This document shows positions 29,809 through 40,707 of a DNA stretch of 64,000 nucleotides, piece after piece. Both the position numbers and the translations under genes were made by a program. Source of the DNA: an uncultured Clostridia bacterium (GTDB lineage: Bacteria > Bacillota > Clostridia > UBA1381); contig CANQXJ010000006.1 of the NCBI GenBank assembly GCA_947627795.1, positions 1,277 to 65,276 on the forward strand, given 5' to 3'. The notes under the pieces were generated by a model. The model was not told the origin of the DNA, did no database searches, and saw only the letters and a list, made by a program, of their open reading frames with translations. Position 1 is the stretch's first letter; each line of letters begins with the position of its first letter.

Positions 29809-31574
29809 TATTCATCCCTCCCCGCAATTATTTCATCCGCCTGAGCGTTAAGCTCGGCGACAACAATGTTGTATTCCGTAAGAAAATCCGCGCTGTCGTT
29901 CGGCAAATACTTGAAACGTCCGATAGTTTCGCGGACGGGCATTGACGAAAGCGCGTCGACCTCCGCTCCCTTTTCGATCGCCGCCACGCACACGTCGTAG
30001 AAGTCGAGAATGAGCTTCATCATATAATACTGCTTGACCGGCGGAGTATATGTGTCGATCTCGTGGAACGCGTTCTGATGCAGATAGTCCTCGCGGATCG
30101 AGCGCGCCGCTTCAAGTTTCATTCTGTCGAGCGGCGAAAGCGCGTCCATACCTACCATCTTAACGATCTCATCAAGCTCCGCCTCCTCCTGCAATAGAAG
30201 CATAAGCCTTGCGCGAAGCTCCATCCAGTCAGGAGCGACGTTCTTAATAAACCATCCCTCGACCGTATCGGTATATAACGAATACGAATTGAGCCAGTTT
30301 ATAGCCGGGAAGTGGCGCTTATACGCAAGCTCGGAGTCAAGTCCCCAAAACACCTTTACAATTCTTAATGTCGCCTGAGAAACAGGCTCGGAAATATCTC
30401 CGCCCGGAGGCGATACCGCGCCGATAACAGAGAGCGCGCCCTCCTCGCCGTTAAGTCCCGTGACGCGTCCCGCGCGCTCGTAGAACTGAGCGAGACGCGA
30501 GCCGAGGTAAGCGGGATAGCCTTCCTCGCCGGGCATTTCCTCAAGTCTGCCCGACATTTCTCTCAGAGCCTCCGCCCAGCGCGATGTCGAATCCGCCATA
30601 AGCGCCACGGAATAGCCCATATCACGGAAATATTCGGCTATCGTGATACCGGTGTAAATCGAAGCCTCGCGCGCCGCGACAGGCATATCGGAGGTGTTCG
30701 CGATAAGCACCGTTCTTTCCATAAGCGATTTGCCCGTTTTCGGGTCTACAAGCTCGGGGAACTCGTTTAAAACGTCCGTCATCTCGTTGCCGCGCTCGCC
30801 GCAGCCGATGTATACGACGATATCAGCCTCCGCCCACTTCGCGAGCTGGTGCTGAACCACCGTCTTGCCGCTTCCGAAAGGGCCGGGTACGGACGCGACG
30901 CCGCCCTTCGCAATCGGGAACAGCGTGTCTATAACTCTCTGACCCGTCACAAGCGGCATATCCGGCGGGAGCTTGCTTTTATACGGCCTTCCCACGCGCA
31001 CGGGCCACTTCTGCATAAGCGTAAGCTGGTGCTTTTCGCCATTATCGTCAAGAACGCACACGACCTCGTCAACCCTGAAGCCGCCCTGCTTGATTTCCTC
31101 GACCGTTCCCGAAACATTCGGCGGAACGAGAATTTTCTGCGTTACGACCTCCGTTTCCTCGACCGTTCCTATAACGCTGCCGCCGGAGAGCTTATCGCCC
31201 TTTTTGACGGACGGTTTAAACTCCCATACTCTGTCGCGCTTTAACGACGCGACCTCAACGCCGCGCGCAAGGTTGTTGCCGGAAATCTTCATAATATCGT
31301 CCAGAGGACGCTGTATGCCGTCAAAAATACTGCCTATAAGTCCCGGGCCGAGCTCGACCGACAGCGGCATACCTGTCGAAACGACCTCCTCGCCCGGTCC
31401 CAAGCCCGAGGTTTCCTCGTAAACCTGAACCGACGCAAGATCGCCGTGGATCTCAATTATCTCGCCTATAAGCCGCTCCTTCGAAACGCGGACAACGTCG
31501 AACATATTCGCGTCCTTCATGCCCTCCGCGATAACGAGAGGTCCCGCGACCTTTTTAATTATTCCATTACTCAT
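29808..31574 (-). CDS. ntpA: V-type ATPase catalytic subunit A
   Basis: 588 aa with Walker [10 protein letters not shown] and the string [28 protein letters not shown]. Confidence 0.95.
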   Translation of the reverse strand: MSNGIIKKVAGPLVIAEGMKDANMFDVVRVSKERLIGEIIEIHGDLASVQVYEETSGLGPGEEVVSTGMPLSVELGPGLIGSIFDGIQRPLDDIMKISGNNLARGVEVASLKRDRVWEFKPSVKKGDKLSGGSVIGTVEETEVVTQKILVPPNVSGTVEEIKQGGFRVDEVVCVLDDNGEKHQLTLMQKWPVRVGRPYKSKLPPDMPLVTGQRVIDTLFPIAKGGVASVPGPFGSGKTVVQHQLAKWAEADIVVYIGCGERGNEMTDVLNEFPELVDPKTGKSLMERTVLIANTSDMPVAAREASIYTGITIAEYFRDMGYSVALMADSTSRWAEALREMSGRLEEMPGEEGYPAYLGSRLAQFYERAGRVTGLNGEEGALSVIGAVSPPGGDISEPVSQATLRIVKVFWGLDSELAYKRHFPAINWLNSYSLYTDTVEGWFIKNVAPDWMELRARLMLLLQEEAELDEIVKMVGMDALSPLDRMKLEAARSIREDYLHQNAFHEIDTYTPPVKQYYMMKLILDFYDVCVAAIEKGAEVDALSSMPVRETIGRFKYLPNDSADFLTEYNIVVAELNAQADEIIAGRDE

Positions 31575-31585
31575 AGCCTACTCCT

Positions 31586-31894
31586 TTATACAATATCACT
31601 GCCGACCGCTTTTATTACCGATTCGTTCACCGCGCGCATACCCATTCCGGTGTTTCCGTACACTCCGGGAATAGGTATCACCGCCGGAAGCTGCGCCTCG
31701 CTCAGATCAGCAAGCTCGTCTTTTATAAGCTCCGCGAGCTGCTCCGTTATATAAATAACCGCGTAGTCCCCGTCCGCAAGACGGCGCATCAGCTTTTTAG
31801 CCTCGTCCGCAGCCGTTACAAAATATGTGTCAAGACCGAGCGCCGCGAAGCCGTACACCGACGCTCTGTCTCCTATAGCCGCCATTTTATACAT
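31586..31894 (-). CDS. V-type ATPase subunit F
   Basis: 102 aa, MAAIGDRASVYGFAALG, positioned between subunits C and A. Confidence 0.85.
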   Translation of the reverse strand: MYKMAAIGDRASVYGFAALGLDTYFVTAADEAKKLMRRLADGDYAVIYITEQLAELIKDELADLSEAQLPAVIPIPGVYGNTGMGMRAVNESVIKAVGSDIV

Positions 31895-32855
31895 AGGTCT
31901 CGCGCACCCTCTCTCTTATCATATTATCGTCAAGCCTGTTAAGCTTGGCCAAAAGAATCAGCCGCACCGCGTCGATCTCCGCCTTTTTCGCGTAGTAGTA
32001 CGCGATAAGCGGCGCGCTTGTGAAGCTGTCGAAACGCGCGGTTTGCATGAAGCGCATTATCTCGTTATCGCAATGCATCTCAAACGCTGCCGCGCTCGTT
32101 TTCATATACTCAGCCAGATCCGAATACGGAGTCGTTCCAACATATTCCGCAAGCGAGTCGATCCCTGCCGCAGCTGCCTTTTCAAGTTCCGCAGTGTTCA
32201 ACGTTCCGCCGTCGTACACCGCGTTTTCGATAAATGAAAATCCGCGTCCGGCTTTGGCGCATCTGTATGCCGTTTTGAGATTCGCCGTATCGGCGAGAAG
32301 CTCCGTATAGCGCGTTATAAACTCGTCTCCGCCTGTCCGCGCCGCCTTTTCCTCCGCCGCGAGCATTGCGTTATCAACGTATATATCGCACGCCTGACCG
32401 TCCTGCGTTCGCAGGATAAGCGTCATTGCCTCCTCGCAGACCGCCGCGATCTCCTTGTCAAGGTCGTCGTACTCCCTGCGCTTTACGCACGAATAAATCA
32501 GGTTCTTGTCGACCGTTCCGTGGTCGAGCAGCAGATCCTCGCCGTCTATTCCCGAAAACACAGCCTTTACAGACGCTTTTATGTTGTGATAGTCGACCGG
32601 CAGCCGCATGACGCGCATAGTTTCCGCGTCCGCTATCTCCGTTATGAACTCCCACAGCTCCCTCTCGGCAGCCGCGGTGATTTCGTCAACCGACGCGCCC
32701 TCGTCCGAGCGGTAGCCTCTGTCGCGCGCGAAACGCAGAGCCGTTTCAAAGCTGTCGGCGCTTAAAAGCTGGTCTATATCCTGGCGTGTCAAAAGCGACG
32801 CTTCCTTCGCCCTGACGCGGGCGACGCTGTAGGTATATTCCTTCATCGCAATCAC
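31887..32855 (-). CDS. ntpC: V-type ATPase subunit C (d-like)
   Basis: 322-aa helical protein (YSVARVRAKEASLL) at the standard operon position. Confidence 0.85.
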   Translation of the reverse strand: MIAMKEYTYSVARVRAKEASLLTRQDIDQLLSADSFETALRFARDRGYRSDEGASVDEITAAAERELWEFITEIADAETMRVMRLPVDYHNIKASVKAVFSGIDGEDLLLDHGTVDKNLIYSCVKRREYDDLDKEIAAVCEEAMTLILRTQDGQACDIYVDNAMLAAEEKAARTGGDEFITRYTELLADTANLKTAYRCAKAGRGFSFIENAVYDGGTLNTAELEKAAAAGIDSLAEYVGTTPYSDLAEYMKTSAAAFEMHCDNEIMRFMQTARFDSFTSAPLIAYYYAKKAEIDAVRLILLAKLNRLDDNMIRERVRETYV

Positions 32856-32858
32856 CCC

Positions 32859-33458
32859 TTAACCGAATAAAAATCCGTTGACCGCGTCATGCAGGCAGTC
32901 GCGCTCCGATTCCATCAGCGCCTCTATCGAGCAGTTTTCCTCTATGTCGCCGTACGACAGAATAAATCCGCCGTCGATCGCGCGCGTTTTATCCGATATT
33001 TTAAGTCCCTTTTTCTCAGCCGACGCTTTAAACTCATCCGTTATCCTGGCTTTATCCTTTGCCGAGAGAATGATCTCGCCGCCCTTGCCCGACGCGTATT
33101 TGTCCAAAAGCTTTTGCATAAAGGCAAAATAATCCTTGTCGTTAAGACCTACGAGCTTTATGTGCGCTTCGTTTAAAATATCGTGGATTATCTGCTGTTT
33201 TTCCCGAAGAAGAGCGCTCTTTTTCGTAATATCGCCGGTGGAACGCGCTCTTGTCAGCACGCGCTTGTATTCAAGCTCCGCTTTTTCCTCAGCCTCCGCC
33301 TCGACAGCCGCCGCTTCTTCCTTCGCTCGGTCGATTATGCGTTTCGCCTGAAGCCTCGCCTCGTCCGTTATGCGGTCTGCTTCGGCTTTCGCGTCGCTCA
33401 TTATCTCGTCTATGATTTTATCCAAACCATTTTTATTTATATCACTCAAATGTATCAC
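32859..33458 (-). CDS. ntpE: V-type ATPase subunit E
   Basis: 199 aa with a long charged N-terminal helix (AEADRITDEARLQAKRIIDRAKEEAAAVEAEAEEKAE). Confidence 0.85.
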   Translation of the reverse strand: MIHLSDINKNGLDKIIDEIMSDAKAEADRITDEARLQAKRIIDRAKEEAAAVEAEAEEKAELEYKRVLTRARSTGDITKKSALLREKQQIIHDILNEAHIKLVGLNDKDYFAFMQKLLDKYASGKGGEIILSAKDKARITDEFKASAEKKGLKISDKTRAIDGGFILSYGDIEENCSIEALMESERDCLHDAVNGFLFG

Positions 33459-33480
33459 ATCCTTATATCCGGGTTTTATA

Positions 33481-33981
<501 letters not shown>

Positions 33982-34091
33982 TTAAATTTATATTTTTCAG
34001 CATATTTTATTTATGCTTTTAACATACGATATTTATTAACCTTTCCTTATATTAATTGCAGGCATATATCGATAAACACAGCTTTGGGATT

Positions 34092-34120
34092 ATTTTATCA
34101 CAATGTATATTTTTTGTCAA
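34092..34120 (-). promoter_or_regulatory. SigA-type promoter for the V-ATPase operon
   Basis: Minus-strand TTGACA - 17 nt - TAAAAT with TG at -14/-15. The -35 lies inside the palindrome TTGTCGTTATTGACAA. Confidence 0.5.
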
Positions 34121-34335
34121 TAACGACAAGTTATTACTTTTGATTTTTACGTTTTTTATACATTTATTATATATGCAAAACAAACGCGGCTTCGGGAATA
34201 TGCGCCATGCGAATCAGCAATGCCGATATTTCTGAAACCTCTTGGCTTTTTTAATAAAAATATATAAAAATTTACCCATATATTATGTAAAAATTATGAT
34301 TTTAAAAAAAATTTGAATAAAAAAGAATAAAATGC

Positions 34336-34364
34336 TTGCAAAATCGAACGGTATGTGTTAGAAT
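34336..34364 (+). promoter_or_regulatory. SigA-type promoter for rpmB
   Basis: TTGCAA - 17 nt - TAGAAT with an extended -10 TG. Confidence 0.55.
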
Positions 34365-34407
34365 ATTATCTGATGTTTTAGCAGTTTCTTTTAGGAGGTG
34401 TATAGAA

Positions 34408-34596
34408 ATGGCAAAATGCGATATTTGCGGCAAGGGCGTTACCTTCGGTATAAAGGTCAGCCACTCGCACAGAAGAGCGAACAGAGCTTGGAAGCCTAAT
34501 GTAAGAAAGGTAAGAGCCGTTGTTGACGGCGGAGTTAAGTCGATGCACGTTTGCACTCGCTGCCTGCGTTCGGGAAAGGTTCAGCGCGCGGTTTAA
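34408..34596 (+). CDS. rpmB: 50S ribosomal protein L28
   Basis: MAKCDICGKGVTFGIKVSHSHRRANRAWKPNVRKV. AGGAGG RBS 8 nt upstream. The ORF-track start at 34336 lies in promoter sequence. Confidence 0.9.
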   Translation: MAKCDICGKGVTFGIKVSHSHRRANRAWKPNVRKVRAVVDGGVKSMHVCTRCLRSGKVQRAV

Positions 34597-34617
34597 TTCC
34601 ATAAAAAAAGAGATTTT

Positions 34618-34649
34618 GCAGCCTTCACTTGTTTGCAGGCTGTTTTTTC
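34618..34649 (+). terminator. Intrinsic terminator after rpmB
   Basis: 7-bp stem (GCAGCCT / AGGCTGT, one G-U pair) followed by TTTTTT. Confidence 0.55.
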
Positions 34650-34690
34650 TTGTGAAAAATAAATAAAATTGTATTTTTTTACAAATTTAT

Positions 34691-34719
34691 TTGATTTTTG
34701 AAATATTTTCTGTTATAAT
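34691..34719 (+). promoter_or_regulatory. SigA-type promoter for murA
   Basis: TTGATT - 17 nt - TATAAT. Confidence 0.55.
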
Positions 34720-34808
34720 AAAAAATAGTATGGGTGAGAATGCCTCACGGCATTCTTGTTGGCATGTCGTTTTAAACGACGGAGAATATATTTTAAAGGG
34801 GTGTATCT

Positions 34809-36089
34809 ATGGAGAAGCTCTTGATTAAAGGAGGAAACAAGCTCACCGGCGAGGTTACCATAAGCGGCGCGAAAAACGCGGCTGTTGCAATACTTCCCGC
34901 GTGCATCCTTGTTAAAGACAAATGTCATATCGAGAACTTGCCCGACATCAAAGACGTTAAGCTTTTTCTGCGGATACTCGAGGATTTGAACGCGGATGTA
35001 AAATATATTGATAAGAACACTGTTGAGATAGACTGCACAAACGTAAACTCATGGAAGCCTTTAAGAGATTTGACACGCCGTATGCGCGGCTCAAGCTATC
35101 TTATGGGCGCGCTTTTGGGACGCTTTCATAAATTTTCGGTAGATCCGCCAGGCGGCTGCGACTTCGGCACGCGTCCGATCGACCAGCATATTAAAAGCTT
35201 TGAGGCGCTCGGCGCGGATATTGATTTGTCACGGGGTATGATAAATGCCGAGGCAAAGGAATTAAAAGGCTCGAGTATATTTTTTGACGTTGTAACCGTC
35301 GGCGCGACCGTGAACGCGATGCTTGCGGCTGTTCTCGCGGACGGGCTTACCGTTATCGAAAACGCGGCGAAAGAGCCGCATGTGGTGGATTTGGCTAATT
35401 TTCTGAATAATATGGGCGCAAACGTGCGCGGCGCGGGCACGGACACAATAAGAATACGCGGTGTTAAAGAGCTGCGCGGCGGTTCGTACGCAATTATCCC
35501 CGACCAAATCGAAGCGGGAACATTTATGATTGCGGCGGCGGCGACAAGGGGCGACGTTACGCTTAAAAACATTATACCGCGCCATCTTGAAATAATCAGC
35601 GCAAAGCTTGAAGAGGCGGGAGTAAAAGTCAAATACGGCGACGACAGCGTGCGCGTGTACGTCGAGGAAGGAACGGTTTTCAGACGTGTGAATTTCATAG
35701 CCCGTCCGTATCCCGGATTTCCGACCGATATGCAGCCGCAGCTCGTAACGTTTTTAACGACCGTAAAAGGGACAAGCACCGCCCGTGAAAGTGTGTGGGA
35801 CAACCGTTTCCGATACGTGCATGAGTTAAAGCGAATGGGCGCGGACATACGCGTGGAGGGACAGCTTGCGATCATAGACGGAGTTGACAAGCTGTTCGGC
35901 GCGAACGTAAAAGCGACCGATCTGCGCGCCGGAGCGGCGATGATCATCGCGGGACTTATGGCTGAAGGAACAACGGAGATCACCGAGATTTACCACATAG
36001 ACCGCGGCTATGAGAATTTTGAAGAAAAATTTGCGGCTTTGGGCGGCGATATAACGCGCGTCCAGGTGGTTGACGGGGAGTTTGATTAA
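34809..36089 (+). CDS. murA: UDP-N-acetylglucosamine 1-carboxyvinyltransferase
   Basis: [28 protein letters not shown]. The active-site Cys context [14 protein letters not shown] is present. Confidence 0.95.
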   Translation: MEKLLIKGGNKLTGEVTISGAKNAAVAILPACILVKDKCHIENLPDIKDVKLFLRILEDLNADVKYIDKNTVEIDCTNVNSWKPLRDLTRRMRGSSYLMGALLGRFHKFSVDPPGGCDFGTRPIDQHIKSFEALGADIDLSRGMINAEAKELKGSSIFFDVVTVGATVNAMLAAVLADGLTVIENAAKEPHVVDLANFLNNMGANVRGAGTDTIRIRGVKELRGGSYAIIPDQIEAGTFMIAAAATRGDVTLKNIIPRHLEIISAKLEEAGVKVKYGDDSVRVYVEEGTVFRRVNFIARPYPGFPTDMQPQLVTFLTTVKGTSTARESVWDNRFRYVHELKRMGADIRVEGQLAIIDGVDKLFGANVKATDLRAGAAMIIAGLMAEGTTEITEIYHIDRGYENFEEKFAALGGDITRVQVVDGEFD

Positions 36090-36094
36090 GCCAT

Positions 36095-36874
36095 ATGGTT
36101 ACGTTTATTTCACTTATCAGCGGCTCGTCCGGAAATGCGGCGTATATTTCCGACGGAAAAACCAATCTGCTCGTTGACTGCGGTATGTCGGGAAAAGCGC
36201 TCAAGGACGCGCTTGCGCGCATTGACGTAAAACCGGAAAACCTCAGCGCGTTGCTTATCACGCACGAGCATATCGACCATACCAAGGGCGCGGGAGTTGT
36301 TTCACGGCGCTACGATATACCGGTTTACGCCACCGCCGGCACTCACGCCGCGATGGATATAGGCGACATTGCCGAAAAGAATATACGCATAATCGCTCCG
36401 AAAAACGAGTTTGAAATAGGCACGATAGCGGTAACGCCGTTTGAAATACCGCACGATGCCGCCGAGCCTGTGGGCTACAGTTTTATTGCGGGCGGCGAAA
36501 AGCTTTCAATCGCCACCGACATGGGGCATCTGCGCGACGGACTTCGAGAGGAGCTTGCCGGAAGCAAGTATGTTTTGCTTGAATCAAACCATGACGTGGA
36601 TATGCTGCGTTTCGGCGGTTATCCGTTTCCTCTGAAACAGCGTATCTTAAGCGACGTGGGACATCTCTCAAACGAGCTTGCCGCAAAATTCGCTTTGCAG
36701 CTTATAAACGACGCCACGGAGCACATAATGCTCGGACATCTGAGCAAAGAAAACAACACACCCGAAATAGCGATATTGGAGACGTACAACGCTCTCACCG
36801 ACGCGGGGGTAAACGTGGGAAAGGACGTAACTTTGAAGGTTGCGGACAGATACAATCATACACGAATAATATGA
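36095..36874 (+). CDS. MBL-fold metallo-hydrolase (YycJ/WalJ-like)
   Basis: SGSSGNAAYISDGKTNLLVDCG and the metal motif THEHIDHTKG. Confidence 0.8.
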   Translation: MVTFISLISGSSGNAAYISDGKTNLLVDCGMSGKALKDALARIDVKPENLSALLITHEHIDHTKGAGVVSRRYDIPVYATAGTHAAMDIGDIAEKNIRIIAPKNEFEIGTIAVTPFEIPHDAAEPVGYSFIAGGEKLSIATDMGHLRDGLREELAGSKYVLLESNHDVDMLRFGGYPFPLKQRILSDVGHLSNELAAKFALQLINDATEHIMLGHLSKENNTPEIAILETYNALTDAGVNVGKDVTLKVADRYNHTRII

Positions 36875-37344
36875 ACATAAATATAATTTGCGTGGGAAAA
36901 ATAAAGGAAAAGTTTTTCACAGCCGCGATCGACGAATATTCGAAACGTCTGTCGCGGTTTGTTAAGTTTACAATAACCGAAGTGCCGGACGAAAAAATCC
37001 CCGACAACGCCTCCCAAAAAGAGGAGGAGCGGATAAAGGAAAAGGAAAGCAAGGCGATTTTATCAAAAATAAAAGACTCGTACGTAATCGCCATGTGCAT
37101 TGAAGGTCAGGAAATGTCCTCCGAAGCGCTGGCTGCGAAAATAGAGGAAATATCGCTGCGCTCGAGCAATATATCGTTTATAATCGGCGGCTCGCTCGGT
37201 CTTTCGGACGAGGTAAAAAGCCGCGCCGATATGCGGCTCAGCTTCGGAAGAATCACTCTTCCCCATCAGCTTATGCGCGTAGTTCTCGCGGAACAGATCT
37301 ACCGCGCGTTTAAAATCAATCGTAACGAAAGCTATCACAAATAA
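36871..37344 (+). CDS. rlmH: 23S rRNA (pseudouridine1915-N3)-methyltransferase RlmH
   Basis: 157-aa SPOUT protein with MNINIICVGKIKEKF and IIGGSLGLSDEV..SFGRITLPHQLMRVVLAEQIYRAF. Confidence 0.9.
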   Translation: MNINIICVGKIKEKFFTAAIDEYSKRLSRFVKFTITEVPDEKIPDNASQKEEERIKEKESKAILSKIKDSYVIAMCIEGQEMSSEALAAKIEEISLRSSNISFIIGGSLGLSDEVKSRADMRLSFGRITLPHQLMRVVLAEQIYRAFKINRNESYHK

Positions 37345-37371
37345 ATTTTATGACCGCTATGCAGTCGGGTA

Positions 37372-38382
37372 TCAATTGATTTTCGACATATTAAGCGATG
37401 ATTTTCCGGCGGCGGTTATCCTTCCCTCCAGACCGTCCGTATAATAAAGCTCGTTATCATCTGTAATAAATATCGCTTCAAATCCGCCGTCCGCCTTTTG
37501 GTATCGGATGGCTTTTTCAAGCCCCATTACGAATAGCGCTGTTGAAAGCGCGTCAGCGCGCGTCGGATCGCCGCCTATAACCGACACCGACGCAAGCCCG
37601 TTATCAGCCGGATATCCTGTTGACGGATCAATTATATGGTGATATTTTTTTCCGTTTTCTTCAAAAACCTGCTCGTATGAGCCGGACGTGGAAACACATT
37701 CGTCCGCAATGCTGATTTCCGCTATAAACGTATCCGGGCTCTGAGGATCGGTAAGTCCGACCTTCCAGCCGCTTCCGTCCGGCTTCTTCCCCACCGCGCG
37801 TATCGCGCTGCCGAACGAAATAATTCCCGACTTCACTCCGCTTTTCTCAAGAGCTTCCGCCGCCGCATCCGAGGCGTATCCCTTCGCAACGCCGCCCAAA
37901 TCGAGCTGCGCTCCGTTTCCGAGAATAACGTTATTTCCGTCAAGCGTTACGTTTCCATAGCCTACGCTTTTTAACAATCTATTTATTTCCGTATTCTCCG
38001 GCACACGATATTCGTGTCCGAAAAATCCCCAAGCGTCCATAATCGGCGCAACCGTCAAGTCAAACGCTCCGCCGGTTGAACGGCATACGTCAAGAGCGGT
38101 TTGTATAACCGCCGCCGTTTCCGCGCTTACGCTTCCCGAGCCGTTGTCGTTGATCCTGTAAATATCGCCGTTTTTATTCGAGCGCGACATCAGCTTGTCA
38201 AGACGGTAAATCTCTTTTTCCGCGCTCTCGATTCCTTCCGCCGCGTTTTCACCGTAAGCCGTTACGGTAACCGCCGTATCCATAGCGTATATGGTTTTTC
38301 GCTCCGAATTTTGCGCGCATGAGGAAAGAGAAGCGCACAGAAACGAAACAGCAAAAAAAGCCGCAATTTTTCTCATAGTCAA
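37372..38382 (-). CDS. apbE: FAD:protein FMN transferase (ApbE family) lipoprotein
   Basis: Lipobox FLCASLSSCAQ. ApbE-like strings MDTAVTVTAY, GGVAKGYASD and HHIIDPSTGYPA. Confidence 0.8.
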   Translation of the reverse strand: MTMRKIAAFFAVSFLCASLSSCAQNSERKTIYAMDTAVTVTAYGENAAEGIESAEKEIYRLDKLMSRSNKNGDIYRINDNGSGSVSAETAAVIQTALDVCRSTGGAFDLTVAPIMDAWGFFGHEYRVPENTEINRLLKSVGYGNVTLDGNNVILGNGAQLDLGGVAKGYASDAAAEALEKSGVKSGIISFGSAIRAVGKKPDGSGWKVGLTDPQSPDTFIAEISIADECVSTSGSYEQVFEENGKKYHHIIDPSTGYPADNGLASVSVIGGDPTRADALSTALFVMGLEKAIRYQKADGGFEAIFITDDNELYYTDGLEGRITAAGKSSLNMSKIN

Positions 38383-38386
38383 TTCC

Positions 38387-39106
38387 TCATTTCTCAGCTC
38401 CCGCGACAGCCTTTATAACCTCGCCCGCCGCTATAAGTCCCGCGACAGCCGGTACGAACGCCACGCTCCCCGGCACGCTCCGTCTGCCGTTTTCGGGCTT
38501 TTCCTCTCCCGCGCTTGCGGCTATCGGTTCTTCCTTTGAGTATACAACCTTTAAATTCTTTATTCCGCGCTTTTTAAGCTCTCTGCGCATAGTTCTCGCA
38601 AGCGGACATACCGACGTTTTATAAATGTCCGCCACCTCAAACGCCTGCGCGTTTAGCTTGTTTCCCGCGCCCATACTGCTTATTATCGGCACTCCCAACG
38701 CGTCAGCGCGCGTTATAAGCTCGATTTTCGCCGTTACCGTGTCGACCGCGTCTATTATATAATCGTACATGGACAAATCGTATTCATCGGCGTTTTCCGG
38801 CAAATAAAAGCATTTGTGCGCGTTTACCGTTATATCGGGATTTATCGAAAGCGCGCGCTCCTTCATAACGTCGACCTTATATCTGCCGACGGTTTCACCC
38901 GACGCGACGATCTGCCGGTTGATGTTTGTAACACTGACCGTGTCGTTATCGAATATATCGAGCGTCCCCACGCCGCTTCTGACAAGCGCCTCCGCCGCGT
39001 GACCGCCTACGCCGCCTATTCCGAACACCGCGATACGCGCCGAGGCGAGCCGTTTCATTCCTTCCTTTCCCAAAAGAAGCTCCGTTCTCGAAAACCGGTT
39101 AAGCAT
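38387..39106 (-). CDS. tcdA: ThiF/MoeB-family tRNA threonylcarbamoyladenosine dehydratase (TcdA-like)
   Basis: FSRTELLLGKEGMKRLASARIAVFGIGGVGGHAAEALVRSGVG and NINRQI. Confidence 0.75.
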   Translation of the reverse strand: MLNRFSRTELLLGKEGMKRLASARIAVFGIGGVGGHAAEALVRSGVGTLDIFDNDTVSVTNINRQIVASGETVGRYKVDVMKERALSINPDITVNAHKCFYLPENADEYDLSMYDYIIDAVDTVTAKIELITRADALGVPIISSMGAGNKLNAQAFEVADIYKTSVCPLARTMRRELKKRGIKNLKVVYSKEEPIAASAGEEKPENGRRSVPGSVAFVPAVAGLIAAGEVIKAVAGAEK

Positions 39107-39214
39107 ATTTATCTCCTCTTATCTCATATTTTAAAGTATTCTATCACAAAACCGCCATAAAATCAACCGCAAAGCGGCGAACTTTAAAAACAGGAAGAAT
39201 ATTCTGTAAAAATA

Positions 39215-39243
39215 TTGATATTTTGTCCTGTTTGTGATAATAT
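39215..39243 (+). promoter_or_regulatory. SigA-type promoter for trkA-trkH
   Basis: TTGATA - 17 nt - TAATAT, about 35 nt before the ATG. Confidence 0.5.
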
Positions 39244-39279
39244 TAAATATATTCTTAAAATCGGAGGAGGACAAAATCT

Positions 39280-40686
39280 ATGTCTATACTCGAAAAATTT
39301 AATCAGGGCAAACCTAAATCGCTTAATATTATAATAGTCGGCACGGGCAAGGTCGGCTCGACGCTCGCCGGAAAGCTCACCGACGAGGGCTGCGACGTGA
39401 CCGTTATAGACCAGAACCGCGAGGTCGTGGACAAGCTCTCGGATATGTACGACATCATGGGCGTTGTCGGCAACGGCTCAAGCTACAAAACGCTTATTGA
39501 GGCGGGAATAGAAAACGCGGATCTGATCATCGCCGTAACCGAAAGCGACGAGCTTAATCTGCTCTGCTGCGCTCTCGCGAAAAAGGTCGGCGACTGCGCC
39601 TCCGTCGCGCGTGTGCGTAACCCGGACTACGGTGACGAGCTCGGCTATCTTTCGGACAAGCTTGGAATTTCAATCATAATAAACCCGGAGCTTGAGGCTG
39701 CAAATGAAATTACACGTCTTTTGCACTTCCCTTCGGCTATTTCGGTAAACTCGTTCTCGAAGGGCAGCGTGGAAATTATCAAATTTAAGATACCCGAGGG
39801 CAATCCTCTCGACGGTATGGTGCTTTCCGATTTGCAGAAGGATAAAAGCGCCGGCGTGCTCATATGCGCCGTTGAGCGCGGCGAGGAGCTTACCATACCG
39901 AACGGCAGCTTCCGCCTGCAGTCGGGCGATATAGCGTCGTTTGTCGCCACTCCCACGGCGGCTCTCGCGTTCTTCAAAAAGATGAAAATGGACGTTCACA
40001 AGGTCACGTCGGTAATAATCGTCGGCGGCGGAAAAACGTCATATTATCTTGCGCGGCAGCTTGTTAAATCGGGCATGTCGGTAAAAATTATAGAAAGCAA
40101 CCCCAAGCGCTGCGAGGAGCTGAGTATGCTGCTTCCCGAGGAGGTTATAATCGTAAACGGCGACGGTACCGACGAGTCTCTTTTGACGCAGGAAAATCTC
40201 GAAAGAGCCGGCGCGTTCATTCCGCTTACGGGTATCGACGAGGAAAATGTTATACTCTCGCTCTACGCAATGAAGGCTTCGCCGGGAATAAAGTCTATCA
40301 CCAAGGTAAATCATATAAATTTCTCAAGCGTGATAAACGAGCTTGCGCTCGGAAGCGTGGTATATCCGCGCCGCATGACCGCGGAAAAGATAATAAAATA
40401 CGTCCGCGCAAAGAGAAATTCGCTTGAAAACAACGATATAGAAACGCTTTACCATCTCTCGCAGGACAGAGTTGAAGCAATAGAATTTAACATTCACGAA
40501 GGCTTGAGGCACATCAATATACCCTTAAAGGACATGCGCCTTAAAAAGAATTTGCTTATAGCCTGCATATACCGCGACGGCAAGGCGTTTATCCCCGGCG
40601 GCGGCGATATATTCGCGCCCGGCGACGCGGTCATAATAGTAACGACACACAAGGGACTCAGCACTATCGAGGACATTTTCGAATAA
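39280..40686 (+). CDS. trkA: Trk potassium uptake protein TrkA (two RCK/NAD-binding repeats)
   Basis: IIIVGTGKVGSTLAGKL and a second repeat VIIVGGGKTSYYLARQL. 468 aa. Confidence 0.9.
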   Translation: MSILEKFNQGKPKSLNIIIVGTGKVGSTLAGKLTDEGCDVTVIDQNREVVDKLSDMYDIMGVVGNGSSYKTLIEAGIENADLIIAVTESDELNLLCCALAKKVGDCASVARVRNPDYGDELGYLSDKLGISIIINPELEAANEITRLLHFPSAISVNSFSKGSVEIIKFKIPEGNPLDGMVLSDLQKDKSAGVLICAVERGEELTIPNGSFRLQSGDIASFVATPTAALAFFKKMKMDVHKVTSVIIVGGGKTSYYLARQLVKSGMSVKIIESNPKRCEELSMLLPEEVIIVNGDGTDESLLTQENLERAGAFIPLTGIDEENVILSLYAMKASPGIKSITKVNHINFSSVINELALGSVVYPRRMTAEKIIKYVRAKRNSLENNDIETLYHLSQDRVEAIEFNIHEGLRHINIPLKDMRLKKNLLIACIYRDGKAFIPGGGDIFAPGDAVIIVTTHKGLSTIEDIFE

Positions 40687-40707
40687 CGGCGGAAACGAGG
40701 GAGAACG

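Noticed and set aside
34190-34262. A short GC-richer patch inside the AT-rich rpmB/V-ATPase intergenic region, considered as a possible small RNA or gene relic.
   Set aside because: I found no flanking promoter/terminator pair, no stable hairpin and no ORF with an RBS. The evidence is insufficient to call anything.
34720-34808. A structured 5' leader of murA, considered as a possible riboswitch. It has two hairpins: AGAATGCC/GGCATTCT and GTCGTT/AACGAC.
   Set aside because: These are only two simple stem-loops. There is no terminator or RBS-sequestering alternative and no resemblance to known classes. They are more likely mRNA-stabilising structures.
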